A stretch of 64,000 nt of DNA from Paraspadella gotoi (taxonomy: Eukaryota > Animalia > Chaetognatha), in assembly GCA_051294375.1 (NCBI GenBank), contig CM119271.1, positions 9,820,291-9,884,290 on the forward strand. The letters are read 5' to 3'. The position numbers and the translations under genes were made by a program. This document shows, piece by piece, positions 12,600 to 25,900 of this stretch (its first letter is position 1; each line of letters opens with the position of its first letter). The notes beneath the pieces were generated by a model that saw nothing but the letters and a program-made list of their open reading frames with translations, did no database searches and was not told where the DNA came from.

Positions 12600-13196
12600 C
12601 TGTCTTTCAAACAATTCATTTCCTTTGGTCACTTCAATTATTCTTCATTGCTCTTTTCTCAATCTGTCTTTCATTTTCTGTTGTACCTGCTGCATCATAC
12701 ACAATTTTGAAGAGGTATGCATAGGCAGTTTTTAAAAAGGTTTTTAGGGCTCTTATTTAGTTTTTCCAATTTTCCCATTGATACTTGTTTGTTGTAATCC
12801 ATACCAGACTGGAATAGGTTAAGACAGACACGACCAGGCTTTGATAACAGTGTTAATCAGTTTCATTCCACTATCATGATCCTTTTTAAATTTAGACAGT
12901 CGATTTATCATTAAAATTTTGCTTTTGAAATTATTTTAGCAGATCATCAATGAATCCAGTCCCATTACTTTCATCTATGTCAATGCCTAAGAGCCTGAGT
13001 TTTTTCTTTCGAATACTCTTCATTGCCCAAATTTAACTGAAAATTCATAGTCTTTGTGACTGGGGCATCGGTGAAGAGTGTATTAGTGATTTTCCCGAGA
13101 CAAACTGAGTTGCCAAGTTGAACACCATTTCACTACTTCATCTAATCTTGGTTGCAGGATTTCACTGCTTCTTTTGGGGTGTTTCCTTCAGCCCAG
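12600..13196 (-). mobile_element. Degenerate non-LTR retrotransposon (LINE) ORF2 fragment, region C-terminal to the RT catalytic YADD
   Basis: - strand translation with frameshifts: WAEGNTPKEAV..ILQPRLDEVVKWCSTWQLSLSRE ... LRLLGIDIDE ... PIPVWYG ... IRALK. This matches the LQ..L..W...W.L / LG..D / PVW motif series of LINE RT domains. Confidence 0.7.
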
Positions 13197-13200
13197 GTGA

Positions 13201-13274
<74 letters not shown>

Positions 13275-14066
13275 TTGAGAGGCGGCGCAACCCCAAAGGA
13301 TTGCGGACGGAGCAAAAAAAAAACCAGACATCAGAGTCGACTAGATTGAAAAGCGAAAGACTGTGATGATGGAGCTTCGTGATAGTCAATGGATGTGATG
13401 ATGGAGTTTCGTAATAGTGAATGGAGTGATAGAGACGGGGATGTTTATGATGAAATTTTGTGATAGTGAAGTCATTGCGTTCAGGTTTGGTGAAAATTAT
13501 GAGAGGAGAGAGAAGCGACTAAAGGAAACGAGGTGATTTTCGTGAAATTGCTGGAGGCGATTGTCGATTTGATGAAGTGATTCGGATCAGGGTTGTGAAT
13601 TTTTACATCGGCCGAGATTCTTTGGAAGGAAATGTGACTAGAATTGTGATAATGTAATGAAGTGATAATATCTGAAATCTTACTACTTGAAAAATGTATT
13701 AATTAGACTAATATACTTTGGACGAACCAAAAAAAAAATGCACCTGCTAATTTAACTAAATAAATAAAAGTTAAAAACTAATTCACAACAAAACTGCAAA
13801 TTCACAAAGCGACAAATTTCGACAAGAAAAACGACGGTCGAAAATAAGAAAACCCCCGACGGCTGACGCAATGCCTTGTTTTTCTTTTCATTGGTGCCTC
13901 TTGCACCAACGCCAGATGGCAGATGCCGCGATGCCAGAGGCCGGCCTAATGCCGTTCGCCGGTTGCCAGACTTCATTGAGTCATACGCCACTCGGACGAG
14001 AATGGCCGAGACGGATTAAGATTTTTCTCTTTCTCTCTCTGCATCGAGGAGCGAGAGAGAGAGAGA

Positions 14067-14159
<93 letters not shown>

Positions 14160-14719
14160 TACAAGTAGAATTTTCAAAATAAAAAGTAATCACAGACACA
14201 GTTTTTTTTAAATTAATTGATTAATTAATTAATTAATTTATTTATTTATTTAATTTGATTTATTTATTTATTTATTATGTTATTTATTTATTATTTATTA
14301 AATTAATTAATTAATTCTTTTCTTATTTCGAGACAAATCGATTCTTCCGGTCGTTCAACCCTTAATAGACCCAAAGATGATTAACCTAAGGCTGATCTAC
14401 TTCCGGTCAATCAACTTATCATTAGGCCTTTTTTCGACGTCGTACGCGGACTCGTTGACCCGATCTCGCTTTAAAAAAATGAAAAAAAAGTCTGTGTTTT
14501 TCTTTCTATTAAAAAAAAAAATTATAAAATTACTCCTCACGATAATTCTCGTTTTAGGACAATCGAGTCTAATAATTTTTAACATTTTTTTTTTCTGGTT
14601 TCTTAATCTGTGCGATCCTCTCTCTTTCCCCCCCCCCACCCGATTAATTCTTACTCATGAATAACTTTTTCCCATTCCCATCGAATTCATTAAATTCCAC
14701 GGACGAGCCCCAACTTTTT

Positions 14720-14920
14720 CGGCCTTATTTTCCCGGAACCCCGCATTTTATCTTAAATTTTGAATTAAAATTAAGGGTTGGGGGAATAGATTAAGTATTA
14801 AGTTAGTCCTTAAGGTGAGGGGTTAAGTTAGCTTTAAAGATTGGGTTCTTAGTTTAAAAACATATAATTTAATTCCGTCGTGAAGGAACAAAAATGGGGC
14901 GCTCTTCGAAAAGAGAGTCA
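14720..14920. mobile_element. Possible MITE with imperfect TIRs and TTAGGG-like interior (related to 61690-61980)
   Basis: GGCCTTATTTTCCCGGAACCCCGCATTTT ... AAAATGGGGCGCTCTTCGAAAAGAGAGTC are loosely inverted; the interior has ggttaag/ttaggg-like G-rich repeats. Confidence 0.3.
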
Positions 14921-14999
14921 ACTTTTCCCGTCACTTTTCTTAGTAATCCATTTTCTTTTCTTCCAAGAACTCCGCAAATCTCTCTCCCACAAACCACAT

Positions 15000-15760
15000 C
15001 CCCTCTATCCATCCCCTCTATCCTTTCCCTCCATCTCCTCTATCCCTCCCCACACCCTCTCACTTCCCCTATATCCTTCCCTTACCATCCTTACCTCTAT
15101 TATTCCCCCTATCCTTCCCCTCTATTCCTTTCCTCCATCCACTCTATCTTCTCCTCTATCCATCCCTCTATCCATATTCTCTATCCATATCTCTATCCAT
15201 CCCCTCTATCCCCTCTATTCTTCCCCTCTATCTCCCCTCCATCCCTCTATCTTACCCTCTATCCTTCTCCTATTCCTTCCCCTCATCCCCTATATCCTTC
15301 CCTTCTATCTTTCCCCTCAATCCCTCTCTTTCCCTATCCTTTCCCTCCATTCCTCTATCCTTACTCTATCCTTTCACTCTATCCTTCCTTCCATCCCCTC
15401 TATCTTCCCCTTCCATCCTATATCCTTCCCCTCTATCCTTCTCCTCCTATCCTTCCACTCAATCCCTCTATCCTTCCCTATCCTTTCCCTCATCTTCCTA
15501 TATCATTACTCTCTATCATTTCCCTTTATCCCTCCATCCCTCTATCCTCTCCCTCTATCCTTCCCCTCTACTTCCCCTATCCCTCTATCCTTCCCTCTAT
15601 TCCTATCCCTCTATCCTTCCCTCATCCCCTTATACTTACCTCTATCCTTTCCCCTATATCCCCTCTATCCTTCCCCTCCATCCCTCTAACCTTCCCTCAT
15701 CCCCTCTATCTTCCTCTATCCTTCCCTTCATCCCCTCTATCCTTCCCCTCTATCCTTCCC
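15000..15760. repeat. Pyrimidine-rich low-complexity satellite (CTATCCTTCCCCT-like units)
   Basis: Almost G-free + strand made of repeated ctctatccttccc motifs; source of the spurious 269/358-aa ORFs. Confidence 0.9.
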
Positions 15761-16109
15761 TTCGAAGCAATAATCCCCTCCACCCTTCTCTCAATGCATC
15801 TCCTCCCCCTCCGCCGTCCCCTCACTCAACCTCTCATGAAACTTCGCCGATATTCGACCAACTCCCGCCGCTCACGCCGCCGCTCACACCGCCCAAGAAC
15901 CTTCCGCCGCTCACGCCGCCCGGGCGCGATTGCATGCGACTCTCGACGCGCGCACGTCGAAACTGCGTGACGCTGGATCGGCCATAACCCGTCGCCGACT
16001 CGCCCTCTGCCCCATTTTACACACACCTCCTCTTTCTTTTTTAAGAGAGAGAGAGAAAGAAGAGAGAGAAAGAGGTGAGATAGAAGGAGAAAGAAAGAGA
16101 GGAGGAGAG

Positions 16110-16161
<52 letters not shown>

Positions 16162-16367
16162 TCTCCAGGCAACGCGCGTCCAGTGGATATGCACGAACGA
16201 GAGAGACGGCGTCGCGAGCGAGGCGAAATCTTCGCGCGCGCGGTTTTTAAGAACGCCTTGAGATGGCAGCAGGGGCGTGGCGAGAGCGGCGGCGCAGCGG
16301 CTTATTCAGGACGGCGGCGTTGCGCGGAGGCAAGGATATGGAGAGAGAGAGAGAGCGAGAGGAGAGA

Positions 16368-16415
<48 letters not shown>

Positions 16416-16625
16416 TCCTTTATACCGAAAAAAGTAGTAGCTTGATTCGACGTGCGGGGAAAGAGAGAGGGGGAGAGAAGGGTGAGGGAAGGGGGGGCAG
16501 GAAGTCATGGTTTGCGCCACGGATTTTCCTTTTTTTCTGAGCTGTAAATCTCTCGCTCTCTCAATGCCTCTTTCAATCACTTGTGTATGTCTCTGTCTCT
16601 GTGTCTCTATCTCTGTGTCTCTGGT

Positions 16626-16663
<38 letters not shown>

Positions 16664-16791
16664 TCTCTCTTCTTCTCTCTTCTCTCTCTCTTCGGTCATC
16701 CTCAACTTTCACTTTTCGACTTGAAAATGAATTAGAAACGGAGCCGATCTTTCTGTGAACGGAAGATCGCGAGAATTCCCAGAGAAGGAAA

Positions 16792-16841
<50 letters not shown>

Positions 16842-16971
16842 GAGAGAGAGAAAGACGCACGATCGAGACGTCTTTTCCTCTATTCCGCCTCTTCTCTCCT
16901 CTCCTCCTCTTTCTCGTCCTAACGACCGCGTGCCAGTATTCACGCTGATTCCTTAGTGCGTGCGCTCTCTC

Positions 16972-17002
<31 letters not shown>

Positions 17003-17243
17003 ATTCTCTCTCTCTCTCTCTTCTCTCTCTCTTCTCTCTGGATCTGCGAGCGCAGCTTCTTTTCTCCTCATACGGGAGAGTGAACCTCCCCCGTATGAAT
17101 TGTGCGACGAGACGAGAAAATTACGCTAAGAAGGCGGCTCGAAACGCTCCTCGCTCTCTGCTTCCTTTCTATCACTTTCTCGCGACAATAACGTCTCTTC
17201 TCTCTCTCTCTCTCTCTCTTCTTCTTCTCTCTCTTCTCTCTCT

Positions 17244-17286
<43 letters not shown>

Positions 17287-17957
17287 CACCGTTCTCCATA
17301 AGCGCGAGGTTTTTGCCTCTGGAATCTCTGGGATTTTCCCGTCGTTTAGAGAAAAAAAAAGAAAAGAAAAGAAAAGAGAACGAAATATTAAATTCGCGGA
17401 AGTTAATAAAAAAAAAACCCAAAAAATATTTATTTGAGATTTAATTTTCTTCTTCTTTTCGATTAAACAGTTTAGCTTTGGGTCCGGTGGTATGGGTACA
17501 ATCTGAGATGAGTCACTGAAGACAATTTATGGGTTAAGGTCTTTGGGTCACCCTATTTAAGGTCCTTCATCGCTAGAAGGTGAAGGGATTTTGCAGAAAG
17601 TAAAAACTCTGTCTCGAATGACACTTATTTGTTCATACTTCACATCGAATTTCATTTACGTCATAAAGAACAAATTTATATTTTTTTTTTCGGAAGAAGT
17701 GGTAAAGAAATAAAATGAAATTAGGGGAGAAAAATCTCAAACGGATGTCCAAAAAAATCGACGGAAAAAAATAAATATTAATAACATTTTTAAGTCAAAG
17801 CAAATCTTTTTTTATAAATGTAAAAAAAAATTGATCCTTTTAATTATTATAAACGTTATTTTATACGTTAAAAAAACTTTCACCTTATTCTTTATTCATT
17901 TGTTAATTTATATATTTATTTATCATTTCATACCATTTTTTTCCTCTTTTTCTACAG

Positions 17958-19532
17958 ATAAAATTGCTAAACTCTATTCTCATTACCGACGCCATCTTTG
18001 ATTTTTTCCATCCAAACGTCGACTCGAGATGGCGTCAAACAAACTCGACGATGAGCGATCGAAATTTGGTCGAAATTAATCCAGTAGAGAGACGATCGCT
18101 CCAGAAGAGTGCTCCAGACGGGCTCTTGCTCCAACAAAGGTCGCCAGAGAGGCACTTGCTTCAAACAAGGCTGTTAGACACGTTTCATCAAAGGCTGTTA
18201 AAGACACAATCGCTTCACACTAGGCACTCCAAGAATCTCCAGCTCCACCAAAGATCGAAGGAGCGACTCCCAGCTGAGATCGAATCAGCTCTTAGCTCAA
18301 ATCGCCGATCATTGGTCGAAAACGCTCACGATCATCGACCAATCAAAGTCGTTAGAAATCTTTCTCCAAATTTTCGACCAATCACCAACAGGAATACTCA
18401 ACCGATCAGCCAAAGGATTTACTCTCCGTCTTCTCCACCAATGAAACACGAAAATTCCGCTATGTATTCTCCGCCAATGAGCGACGAGGATTTTCTCTAT
18501 TTTCCGCCAATCGGCAACGATATCTCTCGACCAATGAGCGTCGATAATTTCCCCGAACCCTCGCTACGCCGACAGGATCTAAATCGGCGTCTGGATGGTT
18601 CCGATTCCGAGGCGTCACCGCCGGAGCCCGTTCCCTCTCGGCGCCGGACTTCGCCGCACCGCCAACCCGACCCGCCATCTTCCGGCGTTTCTTCTTCAAC
18701 TCCTTATCGTCCATGCGTCTTCGTCGTCGTCTTTTTCGTCGTCTTCCTCTCAACGATTTTATGCTTTGAGGATTTATTCTTTCTTTTTATCATCAGTCTC
18801 GTCTTCTTTCCTTCATTTTATTCTCCCTCCTTTTTGTTCGCCGATTTTTTCACCTCCACCGCAAAACCTCGGGACGAAAGTAGGTCGGGCATCTGTCCCG
18901 ATCCGGGATCGAACTCGCGATTTCGGGACGAATCTCTCGCGAATCCCAGCCCACGGCCGCCGCGGATCGTATCCACGGGACGCGGCCGACACCGCCTTTT
19001 GTTCTCCGCCGGAATTCTCCTGGCGACGGCGTTGATGTCTTCCGGCGTCGCGGAACCCGCCGCCTACGACGACGCCGCAGCCGGAGCCTCCGACGCCGGA
19101 AACGCCTCTCCCTCCGGCGCCGCTGAGGCGAAAGATGTCCCGGATTCGGACAAAGCGTTCGAAGCTGGCGAAACGCGTCGTCCGCCGACGTCGAGGGAAG
19201 TCAATATCGTCGACATCCAACCCTGGTCCGAAGACGAAGACGACGACGACCAAGGCCACGCCCACTCCGACGGCCGCCGCGTCAAACGCTCCGCCGCGCC
19301 GACGCATTCGCCGCTGCGACCGCCGCGGCGTCGGCCCACGCTGCGGTTCTACGCTTTCGACAAAGAATTCGTCCTCGATCTCAAATTGAACTCGGATTTA
19401 ATTTCCTCGAGTTACGTGGAAAGATTTTTCGATCCCATGACGGGTGAGGCGATCGTTCGCGGCGTCGGCGCGGCTGGGAGCGGCGGAAGCGGCGGAAGCG
19501 GCGGAAGCGGCGGAGGGAGACATAGGCACGCG
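17958..19532 (+). CDS. ADAM exon 1 (visible): long N-terminal extension, signal-like segment, start of prodomain
   Basis: Acceptor ttttctacag|A at 17957/8. Frame is open through to donor GCG|GTGAGT at 19532/3; first ATG at 18051. Contains LLFSAGILLATALMSSGVA, RRVKR (19275-19289) and the propeptide motif LRFYAFDKEFVLDLKLNSDLISSSY. Confidence 0.75.
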
Positions 19533-19697
19533 GTGAGTCAAGATTGGTTGTATTGTTGACGATGCGGCGTCGTCGTCGTCGTTGTTGTTGTTGTCACGTT
19601 TTCGGTCGGTTATTACAGTGCATCCTTTCGAATATCTGGTTTTTATCTGCTCTCTGCCTTTCTTCTACTTCTTTCCCCCCCCTCTCTCTCTTCTCTC

Positions 19698-19729
<32 letters not shown>

Positions 19730-20321
19730 TTCTCTCTCTCTCTCTCTCTCGCTTTTCCCCTGTGGTGGCCAAAAAAAAATCGTTTTGACGTTTGAATCTT
19801 TGTTTGAGTCGACGTTTGATAAAAATGACACAATTTTGAATAGCGAGCTCGAAATAATATTTAAATAAAAAAAAATAAAAACAAGAATGGTAATTCCAAT
19901 GTGTTGCGCTGCAGTGACTTTATTTTTACGTGTATTTTCCTTTGATAACATGACATAACATAACATGACGTGACTTAAAACCTTTCCGAGCCCTTTTATT
20001 TATTACTTGCACTGCAATGAAATTCCGCCTTTTATTCCTTATGGTTTTAGGGTTTCCTAAAGGCGGCGCTAACAGTCCCTTAGATTTGAGGTTTTTTCCT
20101 GTCTTAACAAATGAGCAACCAACTATAGACGAATTATATGCATTTTTAACGTAAGTGAGTAACGAGAAGTGAGTAACGAGAAGTGATTTAAAGAGTTGCT
20201 CCGCGTGGTGAATATAATTTTGTTCTAAAAAAAATTGAAAATTCAGTTTTATGAATTTTAACATAAATTTTTGGTTTCTCTTCTCTGCCAACTCTCTCTC
20301 TCTCCTCTCTTCTCTCTCTCT

Positions 20322-20352
<31 letters not shown>

Positions 20353-21167
20353 GCCCCCTCCCTCACTTCAGAAAAACACGGCGTGATTCCGTGCCACTAC
20401 CACGGCGTGGTGAGAGGCGCGCCCACCGGTTCCATCGTGGCCTTGAGTCGCTGTCCAACGAGAGGAGTTACAGCCGGGGAATCCGGAAGCCACACATCCG
20501 GGAAAGAGAATCCGGGGATTACGGCTTTCATCGATGACCGATCGGGAGATTATTTCTACATTGAGCCTCTTCGGGGTAAGTCTTCGACATCGCTCCTGTG
20601 CTGTGGAAGAGTTTGGCTTCTACATCAGCACCGTTCTGCCGAAGAGTTAGGCTTCTACATCAGGGAGTGTTTAGTAAATTTTTTGTTTATCGAACTTGAA
20701 AGTTTCTTCTGCAGAACGACTCACAATGTCTACGAAATTTATGTTCATAATGATATCGTGCTAAATACAAAACAATTTTATACCGATATATTTGAAAAAA
20801 ATATATTTTTTGTATTAACTATTAAGAACAATAAATCTTTTTAGGAAAATACATCACATTCACATTTTTTTCTTATCAATTTAAGGAAATAATAGGAAAT
20901 AGTTCTAAAAAACTATTATTTCTATATATTCCATTCTGATCTTTTTTTTTCTATTTAAATAAAATTAATTAAGAATCTTGTAAAAAATTCATTTGAAAAA
21001 CGAAAAAAACTATTTATTCTCACCGCTTCGACTCATTTCGTCGCGCGACTAATTTCTGGCCTCCCATTATTTCTCTCACTATTCCGCGCAGAATCACTTC
21101 TTCTCTGTCTCTGTCTGATTATCTCTGTCTCTGTCGTTGTCTCTATCCTTCTCTCTCTCTCTCTCTA

Positions 21168-21204
<37 letters not shown>

Positions 21205-22926
21205 CCTCTCTCTCTCTCTCTCTTTCTCTCTTAATCTTTACCTTCTTTTACTTTTTCCCCCTTCTCTCCCTCTCTTTTTCTCTCTCACACTTATCATAGA
21301 CAAGTATAAAACAATATCATTTTAAAATATCGAATCAATAAAGTTTCAAACAACGCCACTAACCACATTCATTTCGTCTTACCTCGCCAGTTCTCATTTC
21401 CAATTAACCAAAAATTAATAAATTATCTATTCATTCATTCAATGAATAATTGATAACTCACACCTGACTAACACACACAAAAACCCTCTCTCTCTCACAC
21501 ACACACACACTCACAAACACCGTCTCGATTCAATTCCTTCTCCTCGTCCTCCTCCTCCTCCTCCTCCTCCTCCTCCCTTTCTCTCTCCCATCCCTCTTTC
21601 TTTTTTTCTTTTCTCAATTATTTCTCGCCCCCTGCCCCCCCCCTCCGAAAAACTTCTTTTTTTTTTGAAACTCTGCTTTAATGATTTTTGCCTCGGGGAA
21701 TTTTTCCTTCTTTCTTTCTTTCTTTTCTTTTCTTTTCTTTTTAATCTCTTTTCTATCTAATTTCCTCTTTTAAACCTCCTTATAGTCATTCCTCTATTTC
21801 TCTTTTTTTTTTCCTTTTATCTTTCCGGTGTACAATTGGAAAAAGAGTTTCGAGGTTCTTAAAAATCGGGGTTTTTTTTTCTTCTTTTTTTAATTTCAGG
21901 ATTTTTTTCTTTTCTTTTTTTTATCATTGTAACTTCATTCTTTTAAATTCTACCATTTTGCCATTTTAACTTTTATCTAGTAAATTGCATTCTAACTCTA
22001 TGCCCTTTAACTTCTAAGTAACTACATTCTAACCTCAAGATAACTGCATTCTAACTTATAAGTCTTACATTCCCTTCCTCTTTCTTTCTCATTACATTAG
22101 TCCATTCCATTGTCCTTTTGTTTTCCCGTCTACAAAATTTCAAATCTCCCTCTCTCTTCCCCTAATTGAAGATTTTTTTCAAATATCGGCGCCTTTTTTT
22201 CCTTCCATCGTTCGTCATTCCTTCTTTTTTTTTCCATTCGTCACAAAAAGTCGTCGACGCGATTCGATTCCCTTTTTTTTTCCGACTTCAATTTCAATCT
22301 TCGTCTTCAAAATTTTTTTTTTAAGCCTCGTTTCCATTTTTTGCTCTTTTTTTTTATTAAATCGATTGCGAACTACTTTGAGAGTTTTAGTTAAATTGTA
22401 GTCAAGGCTGTGAATAATTTTGTCGAGTCAAGACAACTTCAACGCCTTTAATATAACATAAAGTCGAATTTAAACACTTTTTAATACCAATATGTCAAAA
22501 TCCAAACCATTAATAATATCAATAATAATAACAATTTTGTTTTCAAAAATTCCAGGTTTCGAGGACATGAAAGGGAAGAGAACTCGACACGTCGTCTTCC
22601 GGGAGCGATCCAAGTCGGACGAAAAATCCGAAAAAGATAAATCTAAATCTGATTTCGAATCTAAATCCAAATCTGGTGAAGATAAAAAAGGAAAGAAAAA
22701 AGGTAAGAATGACACTAGAAATAAATAAATAATGAATGAATGAATTTAATGAAAGAGGGAATGAATGAATTAAACAAATAATGATTGGATGAATGAATGA
22801 ATAAGTTAATGGGTGAGGGAATGAATGAATAAATTGATGAATGAATGAATGAATGAATGAATGAATGAATGAATGAATGAATGAGTAAATGAATGTATAA
22901 ATTGAATAAACGATTTAATTAAAAAT

Positions 22927-22977
<51 letters not shown>

Positions 22978-25900
22978 AAAAAAGAAATGAAAAACAGAAA
23001 TGAAAAACGAAGGAACGAAAGTTTTTAATTGAATGAATGAATGAATAAATGAATGAATGAATGAATGAATGAATAAATGAATGATTGAATGAATTAATGA
23101 ATGAATGAATAAATGAATGAATGAATGAATGAATGAATGAATGAATGAATGAATGAATGAATGAATGAATGAATGAATAAATGAATGAATAAATGAATGA
23201 ATAAATGAATGAATAAATGAACGAACGAACGAACGAACGAACGAAGATTTTCCGTCATATCCCCCTCTCCACCCAGCGCGCGTTTTCAACTGCGGCGTAG
23301 AAAACTCGCCTCCTCTCATAAGAAAATCCACATCTCACAATTTCCTCGCCAATAACAACGCCACCAACGAAACCGACGCTCACACTAACAACGCCACTAA
23401 CAACAACAACAACGCTAATACTAACGTCACTAACCCTCACGAAGCCTTCGAAGGAACGTCCGCTCGGTCCGCTCAGTCCGGTCAATCCGCTCGGTCCGCT
23501 CAGTCCGGAAATACTATCGCCGATGCCGAGGGCCACGCCCAACGGGAAAACGACGCCGGGCGTTTCGTTCTTTACAGCGAAACCGATTATTACGGAAACG
23601 AGGCTCCCGTCTGGCCGAGAGGCGGGGAAGCGTCGGGCGGAGGAAGCCTGAGGAGGCGGAAGAGATTCGCCAAAGCGGGCGGAGGACGGAAGAAGGGCAA
23701 AGGGAAGAGAAAGAAGAAGCGGGCAACGGCGAAGGAAGAAGGGAGAAGGGATTTCGGGATCGGCGGGGAAGAAGGAGTAAAAAGCGGCAGCGGCAGCAGA
23801 AAGAACGAAGACAGCAGCAGCGGGGCCAGCGAACGACCGAAAGCGCAGCCGCGCAGCCGGCTGTCTCTCCCTTCCAGCCTCTTTTCCGATTCTTCGAATT
23901 TCTCAGAAATCCTCCGCCGCATCAAGCGCCATCTCGGCTTCGACGACGGAGAAGCCGACGAAGAGACCGACGCCGCCGAACCGTCGGCCAAGAGTCGGTC
24001 CCTGACGACGGCGTCGGCGGCCGCGGCGGCGGCGGCCGCTGCGGCCAAGATCGAGGACGTTCACGCCGGAGACGTCGACGGGTTGATCGAGACGAAGACG
24101 ATGATTTCTCCCGAGGAGGAGGAGAAGATAAAGGAGGAGGAGAGGGAGAAGAGGAGGAAGGAGGAGGAGGAAGGAAAGGTGGAAGTGGTGGAGGAAGAGG
24201 AAGATTCTCCGGGAGGAAAGGGAGAAAAGAAGCTGCCTCTGCCGCTGCAGCGCGGCGGCGAAGGAGAAAGCGGCGGCGGCGGCGAGGGAGACGAAATCGA
24301 CGCGGCGGAATCGGCCTCGATCCCGCCGCCGGAGATTCATCTGCCGGATTTCGAAGCGATCGTCGGCGCCGGGAAAGGGGGCGGCGCTGCCGGCGCCGAC
24401 TCGGGAGCCGCTACGGAGGCGCCGGCGGAGGCGACGACGGGAGAGGGAGGAACGAGCGGCGACGGAACAGACTCCGTCGCGGACGATAACGTCGTCAAAG
24501 GGCCGCACGGAGCGAATCGGAAGTCGCTCTACGTGGAACTTTATTTGGTCAACGATAAGAGACAATTCGATCGAGAAGGGAAGAGCGTGGATCGGGTCAT
24601 TAAGAGGTGAGGAAGAAAGTGTTGGATTCGAATTGATTGGGCATCGTTGGAAAAAGACTGAAAAAGGATGTCAATGGATCAAAGTCTTATTTATCGATTG
24701 ATTAATTCTTTTATTTATCTATTTATTCATTCGTTTATTTATTTATTCATCGATCGATCGGTTCAATTAATTTCGCGACTCATTGATTGACTGATTGTCT
24801 CACGAAACCTAACGAGGCCCTACCGTGATTTCCATTAAACTCCCTCGATCCATTAAACTCTTGACAACCGCCGTCACTCGTCCTTAACATGAAACCTCTA
24901 CCGAATCCTTACACCCTCAACCCCCTTTCGCCTCCCCCTACCCTCCCTACCCCCCCCCACCCCCCCGGCCGACCACAGATCCCACGACATCGCCAACATC
25001 GCCTCCGCTCTTTACTCGAGTCTCAACATCTTCCATCGTTTTGGTACGGGGTCGAAGTTTGGAACACTGGGACAAAATATTGGTAGGGAATTTATGAAAT
25101 TGGTACAACCAATATAAAAGTTATCCATTGATTTGATAAATAAGTTATCTTGCCCCCTGACTTTGGACAGGCTTGTGTGGTTTAAAGCCTCCATCACTCT
25201 TACAAGATAATGACATAGCAAGTCCCTGCAAGCTTTCAATCAAGACTCTCTCGCAGTCTCGTGTATTCATTCCCAGAGTACCTGGCTTCCCTATCAATGA
25301 TCAATGATCATTGATCAATCATCAGTATAGGCATCAGCATCATTATACGATTATAACGTATAATTTTCACTGCGCTTTGTTTGTTTGTTTTCTAAACTGT
25401 CAATTTTTTTTAAATATCGATCGAGCTTTTCCTCATTTTCTGTCGATATACGACATTTGTCACAAGCTTCGACATCTGTCACCGAGTTTCCAACACTTGT
25501 TTCTCTCCCCCTCCAACATCTGCCAACCCCCCCGCACTACATCTGTCACTCTCGGTCTCCGACAGGTGCTGAAGGATGCGGACGAGACGATGAACAACTT
25601 TCTCAAGTATCGACGTCAACACATCAACCCAGTGATTCCCAACGACAACGCTCAACTCATCACCGGGCAGGTGAGGACTCGTTTTTTTTAGGGGGGGTGT
25701 GGAAGGGAGACCAGCTGAGTTTGGGGTAAGGAAGGAGGGGAGTTTCGTGGGATGTAGAAGGAAAGGAAAAGTGAGGGGGAAGAGTCTTGTGTCCTGAGAG
25801 GTAGAAAGAAAGGAAAAGGTATTAGAGAACGGAGAAAAAAAAAGGAAAAGAAAAGAGGGTAAAAAGAACAAAAAAAGGGGGGGAAAGAGAAAATCTGGAA

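Noticed and set aside
14880-15970. 269-aa and 358-aa Pro/Ser/Leu/Tyr-rich ORFs
   Set aside because: Stop-poor only because the pyrimidine satellite lacks G; open in two frames with no gene signals.
23514-24565. Antisense ORFs over ADAM exon 4 (and over exon 1 at 18460-19339)
   Set aside because: Shadows of GC-rich coding sequence on the + strand.
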